A stretch of DNA of 64,000 nucleotides from Squalus acanthias (taxonomy: Eukaryota): NCBI GenBank assembly GCA_030390025.1, contig CM059432.1:110052001-110116000 (forward strand), in the 5' to 3' direction. The position numbers and the translations under genes are program-made. The notes beneath the pieces were generated by a model, which saw only the letters and a list, made by a program, of their open reading frames with translations, had not been told where the DNA came from and ran no database searches. Below are positions 54,959-64,000 of the stretch, piece after piece; position 1 is the first letter of the stretch; each line of letters starts with the position of its first letter.

Positions 54959-55798
54959 TGGGGTAGCAAATTATTAATTCACTACTTTCCACATTTCCAC
55001 AGAACAAGATTATGGAAAAGAAACTAATGAGCTTTAGAATTTAAACCTGTGCTGAAGTTAGTGGTAAACAGTAGCGTGCAGGAAATACCTTCATGAATAA
55101 AACAATTTATAATATGACTTATGTATGGACATACAATACATTTTAATTATGCAGATTCAGTTTTAACAAGCTTACAACACTTTGACAAAAAGATTATGTT
55201 TTTGCAATTCTGATACAATTTGTAATTTTAACTGGTTTTAAAAATAAATGCTCTAAAAGCCAAAATTGTGTGGGAAGGTATGTAGCAAAGCTCGGTCCAT
55301 GAACAGCCATAACATCAATGTGCAATGTTACCCAGAATACACTGCAGATGGGCCACAAATGGCGGCTCCATGGCCACAAATGGATGTTGCTGCTGGATTT
55401 GTGCACAATGAGCAGCACAAGACTCAAAACAGGAGATAAAGGATGATGATTTTGAAGAAACTATTAACAGCTAAATTCTAAATGAGCCCATGTTCCCGTA
55501 TAAAATTTCACAAGCAAGTTTTGTACCTTAACAATTCTAAAACTACTTCTGACAATTTAGTGCTACTCAATTAGTACCTGAACAAAGAAGGAAAGATAAA
55601 TGAAGCTTAAGTGGAGAGCCCATTTCAGCCTCATAAGAACAAGGAGCAGGAGTAGGTCGTTTGGCCCCTCGAGCCTGCTCTGCCATTCAATATCATGGCT
55701 GATCTGATCTTGGCCTCAACTCCACTTCCCTGCCCGCTCCCCATAACCCTTGACTCCCTTACCTTTTAAAAATCTGTCTATCTCCACCTTAAATATAT

Positions 55799-56274
55799 AG
55801 CAGCCAGGGGCATTCAGCCTCGGATCTGCGGGTAAGCGTTCTTCAAGGCGGCCTTCGAGATACACGACAGCGCAAAATCATAGAGCAGAAACTGATAGCC
55901 AAGTTCCGCACTCATGAGGATGGCCTCAATTGCGATATCGGGTTCATGTCACGATACAGAACGTGACTTGACATCATGGCCGGTCTTCCCAGGTGTTTTT
56001 TTTTTTTAAAAAAGGCTAACACAAGAACACAAATTGACAGGATATGCAGCCAGCAGGTGGTTTGACATGTTGGACCCCCTGGGACACATCTCATTGTCTT
56101 GGCTGTGCTCTTTGTTGTAGCGAATAATGTGAATAGATTTTGTCTGGGTTTAAATTGTGAATTCTGGGAGATTCTCTCATTGCTAACTTACCTGACGAAG
56201 GAGCGACAGCTCCGAAAGCTTGTAAAATTAAATAAATCTGTTGGACTATAACCTGGTGTTGTGCGACTTCTCAT
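55799..56274 (+). mobile_element. 5'-truncated Penelope-like retroelement (end of GIY-YIG endonuclease ORF plus terminal repeat region)
   Basis: 55799-55966 translates as SSQGHSASDLRVSVLQGGLRDTRQRKIIEQKLIAKFRTHEDGLNCDIGFMSRYRT*, with the H...E...GLN pattern of Penelope endonucleases. It is followed by a hammerhead motif and AATAAA (56231-56236) and flanked by the direct repeat TTAAATATAT (55789-55798, 56275-56284). Confidence 0.88.
56188..56225 (+). ncRNA. Minimal type I hammerhead ribozyme motif (Penelope-associated)
   Basis: TTAC-CTGACGA-A-GGAGC-GACA-GCTCC-GAAA-GC-T-T-GTAA: CUGANGA and GAAA core, 5-bp stem II, stem I TTAC/GTAA, and palindromic AAGCTT in place of stem III. Confidence 0.75.
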
Positions 56275-57960
56275 TTAAATATATTCAATGACCCAGCCGC
56301 CACAGCTCTCTGGGGAAGAGAATTCCAAAGATTCACGACCCTCTGAGGACCTCATTTCCGATTTAAAAGGGTGCCCCCTTATTCTGAACAATGTCACCTA
56401 GATTCCCTCACGAGGGGAAACATCCTCTCTGCATCTACCCTGTCAAGCCCCTTCAGAATCTTATGCTTCAATGAGATCACCTCTCATTCTTCTAAACTCC
56501 AATGAGTATAGGCCCAACCTGCTCAACCTTTCTTCATAAGACAACCCCTTCATCTCCAGAATCAGCCTCGTGAACCTTCTCTGAACTGCCTCCAATGTAA
56601 GTATATCCTTCCTTAAATAAGGAGACCAAAACTGTACGCAGTACTCCAGGTGTGGTCTCACCAACGCCCTGTACAGTTGTAACAGAACTTCCATACCCCA
56701 TTCCCTTTGCAATAAAGGCCAACATTCCATTTGCCTTTCTAATTACTTGCTGTATCTGCATGCTAACTTTGTGATTCATGTACAAGAACCCCCAGATCCC
56801 TCTGTAACTCAGCATTTTGTAATCTCTCCCCATTTAAATAATAATTTGCTTTTTTATTTTTCCTACCGAAGTGGATAACCTCGCATTTTCCCACATTAAA
56901 CTCCATCTGCCAGATTTTTGCCCACTCACTTAGCCTATCTATATCCCTTTGGAGATTCTTTGCGTCCTTCACACAATTTGCTTTCCCACCTATCTTTGTA
57001 TCAGCAGCAAATTTGGCTACATTACACTCAGTCCCTTCATCCAAGTCATTAATATAGATTGTAAATAGTTGAGGCCCCAGCACTGATCCCTGCTGCACCC
57101 CACTAGTCAGTTTGCCAACCTGAAAATGACCCATTTATCCCGACTCTCTGTTTGTTAGCCAATCCTCTATCCATGTTAATATATTACCCCCAACCCCGTG
57201 AGCTCTTATCTTGTGTAGTAACCTTTTATGTGGCACCTTATCGAATGCCTTCTTAAAGTCCAAATACACGACATCTACTGGTTCCCCTTTATCCACCCTG
57301 CTCGTTACATCCTCAAAGAACTCATAAGCTTACATTTATATAGAAAACGCTTTAGTGAAGGGGAGTGCAGTCTAAATTTCTGTCATAAAGATACTAGGGA
57401 ATTTTGTACTTGCATAGATGTGAATGTGTAAGCAGTAAAATAGCAAATGTTTTTGATTAGAAAACTGAAATTTAGTAAGAAGAGTTGTTGGACATCACAC
57501 ATGAATAGTAGAATTTGAAGAAATATTACTGAACAGTTGTAACTATAATTCATTATGATAGAATATGCAGTGACTTCTTACCAACATAGCTATTGAAAGG
57601 AATTGGAAACATTTGAGTAATTTGATTGGTTGCGTCGACAGTAGCTGCTGGCTTTAGATTGTGTTTTAATGGAGCTTTTTTAATAAAGTGATTGGGAGAT
57701 TTTATCAGAATGCTTCGTGCTCGATGAACACATCATAAATGTTCCCATGCCTTACGGAGAAGCAGCATACTTTTTTTTTTTAAACAGAGAGTTGTTTAGC
57801 CAGAAGTGCTGATGACTAATGTTTTTGGGGAAGGAGAATTAGTTTAGAAGCATTACTGCACCCAGCAGTGAGAAAAATTATTAGAGAGTCATATAAAGGT
57901 CAGTCTGCTTCAGTTAGCAGCACGCTATTTGAACAGTGAGACGTTCATTCCCTCAAATCT

Positions 57961-58110
57961 AGATTAGCAGGCCATCCACCGCATTGTCCTTTGTGGGATC
58001 TTCCTGTGCATAAAACAGCTGCTGTTTTGCCTATGTAACAATGACCGAGTTCAAAGTAAATTCAGTATATGAAGTGCTTTGAGACGTGATAAGGGGCTAG
58101 TTAAATGTAG
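57961..58110 (+). mobile_element. Old SINE 3' fragment (Deu-domain/L2-tail type)
   Basis: TTTGTGGGATCTTCCTGTGC...GAAGTGCTTTGAGACG...TAAATG resembles the DeuSINE (SacSINE1/AmnSINE1-like) 3' region as recalled. Confidence 0.55.
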
Positions 58111-58303
58111 ATATGCAACTGCTTCCAGCTGCTCCCCCAATGCCATCAATGGCACTCATTTAAAATAAGTCATTCACATTTTTTGGTTAAAGCTGCACCT
58201 AATCCTTTGTGATGGCTGTTGGCAAGACGTCCTCTTAATCTGAAAACACTATGCAGTTGTATAGCCAATTAATGTGCTAAGTCGATGAAAACAGATTATT
58301 TAC

Positions 58304-58377
58304 CCTCCGCCGCCAAAAGCCAAGGAATCCATGTCTCCTTTTATGAAGAACATATTATCACCTGTCCACTTGAAGAT
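58304..58377 (-). CDS. OXR1: Penultimate coding exon of OXR1 (TLDc): IFKWTGDNMFFIKGDMDSLAFGGG(G)
   Basis: 74-nt exon with acceptor TTTTTTCAG and donor GG|GTAAAT. The translation nearly matches the OXR1 motif FKWTGDNMFFIKGDMDSLAFGGGG and splices in frame to 54386. Confidence 0.95.
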
Positions 58378-59126
58378 CTGAAAAAATTCAATAATTTTCT
58401 TCACTTATTTTGGTAAAAAGTGCACGTCTAACTTTGCAACACTTACACTATAATAACAATGAAGTGTAATTAATCCTTCATCAACTTCCATTCAATATAA
58501 ATTGCTTCTTATTCAGCTATTTGGCTTCTCTAACATTCTTTCTCCCAGGGAAGTTGCTTAGCTTTTGGAAGAAATGCTAATCACATTTTACATTTCACGT
58601 GGTCCGTTTTTAAGTTGATACTTTTATTACAGAAAAATGCACAGAACCGGTAAGCTTCATCAACCTCCACTGGAAAGTTAATTTAAAGAACTGAGATAAC
58701 AGACAGTGTAAGTACTGCAGGGCTCCATGCTGTAAATTGTACAGCTCTAGACATACTAAAAAGTTGTCAGAATAGCTGAACATCAACAGCCTTGTACACA
58801 GGACTTCAAATGAAGACTGCAGGACCATTAATCGACGAGCCTTTGGTCTGTGGTAAAAGTCACTGTCCAACTTCATAGAAACTGCAAAGATACTTGCTGT
58901 GCGCATTGCACCAAGACCCACAATGTGTTTGTTAGAGCTGGTAGCAAAGAAAATATGAAGAGCGCTTTTTCTGCCCACATGTTGGCATGCCAGGACACTG
59001 TCAGCTACTTCTAGAAATGTAGCCATTTACTGGATTCTGGCTCCTTCAAAACACAGCAAGTCAGACAAGGGACTGCAAGATCCCTCTACAACTTTCACTT
59101 GCATGAAAATTCCAATGGCAAACACT

Positions 59127-59868
59127 TATTGGCCCTGAATTTCCGATCGGAGGCTTCCTGCGTGCGGATGCCTCCGATCGGAAAAAAAATCTACGAACCT
59201 ACCTGCTGGTTCCATAGATCCCGAGGCTTGCGATCCTGGGCCTCTTCGGGTCCGCGCGGGCAGAGCCCCACGTATTCCGGGGCGCATGCGGTTCGCAAGC
59301 GCCCCAGGATCACGTGGGCCAGGCGAACCAATCAAAGAAGGGAATCCCCCTTCACACTTTTGACAGAACTCTATGCACAGAGCTGTTAAAAGTATGAATG
59401 GGGATCACATTTAAAAACACAAACGTTAAATAATTTTTTTTTAAATTACATAATTAAAATTCCATTTAATTAAATATTTAAAAAACTAATTTTGGGGGAA
59501 AATTAAATGTTTTTACAGGGCTAAAAATAAACTTACCTTTTCAAAGAGTATTTTTAATTTATAAATGAGTTATCAAATTTAATTCTTCTATTTTTCAACA
59601 CTCTTAAGCTGGTAAAGCAGGCCTTACGCCTGCTTTTACCAGGAGTAAGAATTCTATGGCCTTTCAGCATGCAAAAAGCGCAACTCTCCACCCGCAGAGG
59701 CACTTTGCCTGGGTAGGCAGATGATCTGTCAAGAGAATTCTTGACAGATCGCAAGTGCCGGGTTTTAGCGCATGCGCTTCGCATGCCTGAAACTGGCACT
59801 TGCGAGGCCCCTATGGGTGTGTACACACCTCGTACGCACCCGTGGAGGTCGGAAAATCCGGACCAATA
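59127..59868. mobile_element. MITE-like non-autonomous DNA transposon with multiple internal hairpins
   Basis: Termini TATTGGCCCTGAATTTCCGATC and (reverse complement) TATTGGTCCGGATTTTCCGACC are identical at 18 of 22 positions. The outer TA may be a target-site duplication. GC-rich arms, AT-rich core. Confidence 0.7.
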
Positions 59869-60249
59869 TTGGATCCTTGATCAATATAGAAAAAGCAATT
59901 TGCGAGCAAACACTTATTGCAATAATTTGAAAAAAAAAGTCCAGTTGGATTTCTTTCTTTCCCCTGATCAAAATGTCAACATTGTCACTAATTAAAACAT
60001 GCTAACCATAAAAGTATACTGGTCAACTCTTCTCAATTCCAAGTCACTCAATTTCAATTATCTGTTAATTCAAATTTTTAAGCACTAAATTTCCACTTTT
60101 GCTGCATTATTTATGCTGTTTACTTCAAATTATTAGATAATTTATTTTTTAAATGCAAAACCTTAGAATTATGAGAAGATGACTGATATCTATATAACAT
60201 ACATTAGCATACCATTTAGAACATGGGTTGTCAAACATATGACCTGCGG

Positions 60250-60970
60250 AACAGTTTCATCCGGCCCAAATCTACCGAAGTGGGAAACGATTCTCCCGGG
60301 TACTGAATCTCTCAGCCTGGGAGAACTGCGCCGTATAAATTTTGCACGGCAGTAGTTGCCTACCCACTCCGTGACATCAACTAGAAACCGGAGCGGCTGG
60401 TGTAGGGGAAAGAGACTGAACGAGGTGAGCTGTGGGGAAGTCAGCGAGAGGGGGCTGCTGGTTGGAGGGAGAGAGGGGACTGGAGAATGAGGTGGGACCA
60501 ATAGTTCCTGCAGACCCAGGAGCAGCTGTAACATGGCGAGTAGGAGCAGCGAGTAAAGGGGGGAGTGAAACCAGACGTTAATGTGGCTAAATAACAAAAG
60601 ATTGAGGAACAAGGGTACGGAGAGTGAAGATTCTCTGCGCGCCCTGATTTTACATCACGAGTTCCAACCGCCGTTCGCGTTGGGCTGGGAGAGGAGGGGA
60701 GCAGCAGCCCCACTCCTTCGGCTTCTCCCTTGGCAACAAACCCCACAAACAACAATGGGTCTGACACCCCGGTCTCACCTATTGGCTCCTCGAGATCTCC
60801 GAGTTTGCAGCCAGGACCCGAGGCGCCTCTGAAATTGGGCCTCGGGCCTCATTTGATCATAGAGGTGAGCTACTGGTGCTTGTCGCACATCCACATGCAG
60901 CTCACCCGGTGTAACGGATCAAATTTGAGCCTGCTGTATCGCCGGCAAGTCCTTGTTGAGGTGGGCGGAG
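60250..60970. promoter_or_regulatory. GC/CpG-enriched promoter-like segment
   Basis: Visibly higher GC and CpG density than the flanks, with a YY1-like AACATGGCG, a CRE-like GTGACATCA and CCAAT motifs. No recognisable coding similarity. Confidence 0.3.
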
Positions 60971-61069
60971 GAAAATGTAATGGCCTGCATTGGTGCTGTG
61001 GAATAGACTCAAGTATGTATTTATAAGCCACTGGGTACAGCAGTAATAAATCAGTAAAAAGGGACCACA

Positions 61070-61180
61070 AACCTGTCAAGATTGTCATAAAAACCAAACT
61101 GGTTTACTAATGTCCTTTAAAGAAGGAAACCTGCTGTCCTTACCCAATCTGATGTGACTCCTGTCCAACATCAACGTGTT
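61070..61180 (+). mobile_element. SINE body fragment
   Basis: ATTGTCATAAAAACCAAACTGGTTTACTAATGTCCTTTAAAGAAGGAAACCTGCTGTCCTTACC resembles a common shark SINE internal region (from memory). Confidence 0.5.
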
Positions 61181-61191
61181 TAAGTATTGCT

Positions 61192-62323
61192 TCATAGAAT
61201 GGTTACAGCACGGAAGGCGGCCATTCGGCCCGTCGAGCCCATGCCGGCTCTCCGCAAAAACACTTCAGCTAGTCCCACTCCCCCGCCCTTTCCCCGCAGC
61301 CCTGCAAATGTTTTGCTTTCAGGTATTTATCCAACTCCCTTTTGAAAGCCATGATTGAATCTGCCTCCACCACCCTTTCAGGCAGTGTATTCCAGATCTT
61401 AACCACTCACTGCGTAAAAAAGTTTTTTTCTTATGTCACCTTTGGCTCTTTTGCCAATCACCTTAAATCTGTGTCCTCTGGTTCTCGACCCTTCCACCAA
61501 TGGGAACAGTTTCTCTCTATCTACACAGTCCAGACCCCTCATGATTTTGAACACCTCTATCAAATCTCCTCTCAAACTCTCTGCTCTAAGGAGAACAACC
61601 CCAGCTTCTCAAGTCTACCCACGTAACTGAAGTCCCTCATCCCTGGAACCATTCTCGTAAATCTTTTCTGCACCCTCTCGAAGGCCTTCACATCCTTCCT
61701 AAAGTGTGGTGCCCAGAAATGGGTACAATATTCCATTTGAGGCCAAACCAGTGTTTTATACAGGTTCATCATAATTTCCACGCTTTTGTACTCTATACCT
61801 CTATTCATGAAGCCCAGGATCCCGTAAGCTTTTTTAACTGCTCTCTCAACCTGCCCTGCCACCTTCAACGATTTGTGCACATATACTCCTAGGTCTCTCT
61901 GTTCATGCACCTTCAGGATTGTACCCTTTAGTTTATATTTCCTCTTCTCATTCTTTCTACCAAAATGTATCACTTCACACTTTTCTGCGTTAAATTTCAT
62001 CTGCCACGTGTCCGCCCATTCCACCAGCCTGTCTGTCTTGAAGTCTATCACTAGCCTCCTCACTGTTCACTATACTTCCAAGCTTTGTGTCATCTGCAAA
62101 TTTTGAAATTGTGCCCTGTACACCCACATCCAAGTCATTAATATATATCAAGAAAAGCAGTGGTCCTAGAACCGACCTCTGGGGAAGACCACTGTGTACC
62201 TTCCTCCAGTCCGAAAAACAACCATTCACCACTACTCTGTTTCCTGTCACTTAGCCAATTTTGTATCCATGCTGCCACTGTCCCTTTTATTCCATGGGCT
62301 TCAACTTTGCTGGCAAGCCTATT
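61192..62323 (-). mobile_element. CR1 LINE, 3' portion (split by a nested insertion)
   Basis: RT/ORF2 motifs SGLPQRSVLGPLLFLIYINDL, KFADDTK, WQMKFNAEKCEVIHFG and a CR1 3' end near 61192. Confidence 0.93.
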
Positions 62324-63616
62324 TTTTTTTTAAATTCATTTTTATGGGATGTAGGCGTCGCTGGCAAGGCCAGCATTTATTGCCCATCCCAAGTTGTCCT
62401 CGAGAAGGTGGTGGTGAGCCGCCTTCTTGAACCGCTGCAGTCCGTGTGGTGAAGGTACGCCCACAGTGCTGTTAGGTAGGGAGTTCCAGGTTTTTGACCC
62501 AGCGACGATGAAGGATCGGCGATATACTTCTAAGTCAGGATGATGTGTGACTTGGAGGTGGTGGTGTTCCCATGCGTCTGCTGCCCTTGTCCTCCTAAGT
62601 GGAAGAGGTCGCGGGTTTGGGAGGTGCTGCCGAAGAAGCCTTGGTGAGTTGCTGCAGTGCATCTTGTAGATGGTACACACTGCAGCCATGGTACACCGGT
62701 GGTGGAGGGAGTGAATGTTTAAGGTGGTGGATGGGGTGCCAATCAAGCGGGCTGCTTTGTCCTGGATGGTGTCAAGCTTCTTGAGTGTTGTTGGAGCTGC
62801 ACTCATCCAGGCAAGTGGAGAGTATTCCATCACACTCTACTTGTGCCTTGTAGATGGTGGGAAGGCTTTGGGGAGTCAGGAGGGAAACACTCGCCACAGA
62901 ATACCCAGCCTCTGAGCTGCTCTTGTTGCCAAAGTATTTATGTGGCTGGTCCAGTTAAGTTTCTGGTCAATGTTGACGGTGGGGGATTCGGCGATGGTAA
63001 TGCCATTGAATGTCAAGGGGCGGTAGTTAGACTCTTGCTTGTTGGAGACAGTCATTGCCTGGCACTTCTGTAGCGCGAATGTTATCTGCCACTTATCAGC
63101 CCAAGCCTGAACGTCGTCCAAGTCTTGTTGCATGTGGGCATGGACTGCTTCATTATCTGAGGAGTTGTGAATGGCACTGAACACTGTGCAGTCATCAGCG
63201 AACATCCCCATTTCTGACCTTATGTTGGAGGGAACGTCATTGATGAAGCAGCTGAAGATGGTTGGGGCCGAGGACACTGCCCTGAGGAACTCTTGCAGTG
63301 ATGTCCTGGGGCTGTGATGATTGACCTTCAATCACCACAACCATCTTCCTTTGTGCTAGGTATGACTCCAGCCAGTGGAGAGTTTTCCCCCCGATTCCCA
63401 TTGACTTCAGTTTTACTAGGGCTCCTTCATGCCACACTCGGTCAAATGCTGCCTTGATGTCAAGGGCAGTCACTCTCACTTCTCCTCTGGAATTCAGATC
63501 CTTTGTCCATGTTTGGACCAAGGCTGTAATGAGGTCGGCAGCCGACTGGTCTTGGCGGAACCCAAACTGAGCATCAGTGAGCAGGTTATTGGTGAGTAAG
63601 TGCACTTACTCACCAA
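62324..63616 (-). mobile_element. 5'-truncated non-LTR retrotransposon of a second CR1/L2-group family, with poly(A) tail, nested in CR1
   Basis: RT motifs QFGFRQ, LDIKAAFDRVWH, VPQGSVLGP, FADDCT and EYSPLAW. The T-run at 62322-62331 is the tail. The host CR1 sequence resumes at 63617. Confidence 0.9.
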
Positions 63617-64000
63617 TATTATGTGGCACTTTGTTGAACGCCTTTTGGAAATCCATGTACACGTCAACTGCATTGCCCTCATCAACCCTCTCTGTTACCT
63701 CATCAAAAAACTCGATCAAGTTGGTTAAACACGATTTGCCTTTAACAAATCCGTGCTGACTTTCCTTAATGAATCCACACTTGTCCAAGCGACTGTTAAT
63801 TTTGTCCCTGATTATTGTTTCTAAAAGTTTCCCCACTACCGAAGTTAAACTGACTGGCCTGTAGTTGCTGGGTTTATCTTTACACCCTTTTTGAACAAGG
63901 GTATAACATTTGCAATGCTCCAGTCCTCTGGCACCACCCCCATTTCTAAGGAGGATTGGAAGATTATGGCCAGTACCTCTGCAATTTCTTCCTTCACTTC
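63617..64000 (-). mobile_element. CR1 LINE, upstream portion of the 61192-62323 element (runs off the window)
   Basis: GKLLETIIRD...SQHGFVKGKSCLTNLIEFF...YMDFQKAFNKVPH joins colinearly to 62323 once the insert is removed. Confidence 0.93.

Larger units (their letters stand above)
55632..57323 (-). mobile_element. 5'-truncated CR1 LINE (RT domain to 3' end), interrupted by a Penelope-like insertion
   Basis: RT motifs SGVQQGSVLGPQLFTIYINDL, KFAADTK and [19 protein letters not shown] with frameshifts. Candidate target-site duplication CTCATAAG at 55630-55637 and 57321-57328. Confidence 0.93.

Noticed and set aside
58610..59026. 138-aa minus-strand ORF
   Set aside because: No recognisable similarity; intronic; does not match the expected upstream TLDc exon.
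60730..61026. ORF with PHLIIE, faintly like the start of a Rel homology domain
   Set aside because: The expected QPKQRG continuation is absent, the start is not ATG, and the match is too short.

Overview
Eukaryotic DNA, most likely from a cartilaginous fish (shark) judging by the retroelement and SINE families. Positions 1-31079 are a nearly homogeneous 37/35-bp tandem satellite. A 200-N scaffold gap follows (31080-31279). Positions 31280-50097 are a ~19-kb purine-rich degenerate 10-bp repeat (consensus TGAGGTAGAG) with kb-scale internal duplications and three short in-place inversions. Positions 50.1-64 kb hold the last two coding exons and probable 3'UTR of an OXR1-type TLDc gene on the minus strand. 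These exons are absent from the ORF track and were found by reading splice sites. The introns and flanks carry CR1-type LINE fragments, a nested Penelope-like fragment with an intact-looking minimal hammerhead ribozyme motif, SINE remnants and hairpin-rich MITE-like elements. Almost all ORFs in the supplied track are artefacts of repeats. I found no convincing new multi-gene system. The most intriguing observations are the let-7 8mer density on the minus strand of the 10-bp array, the hammerhead motif, and several template-switch footprints.
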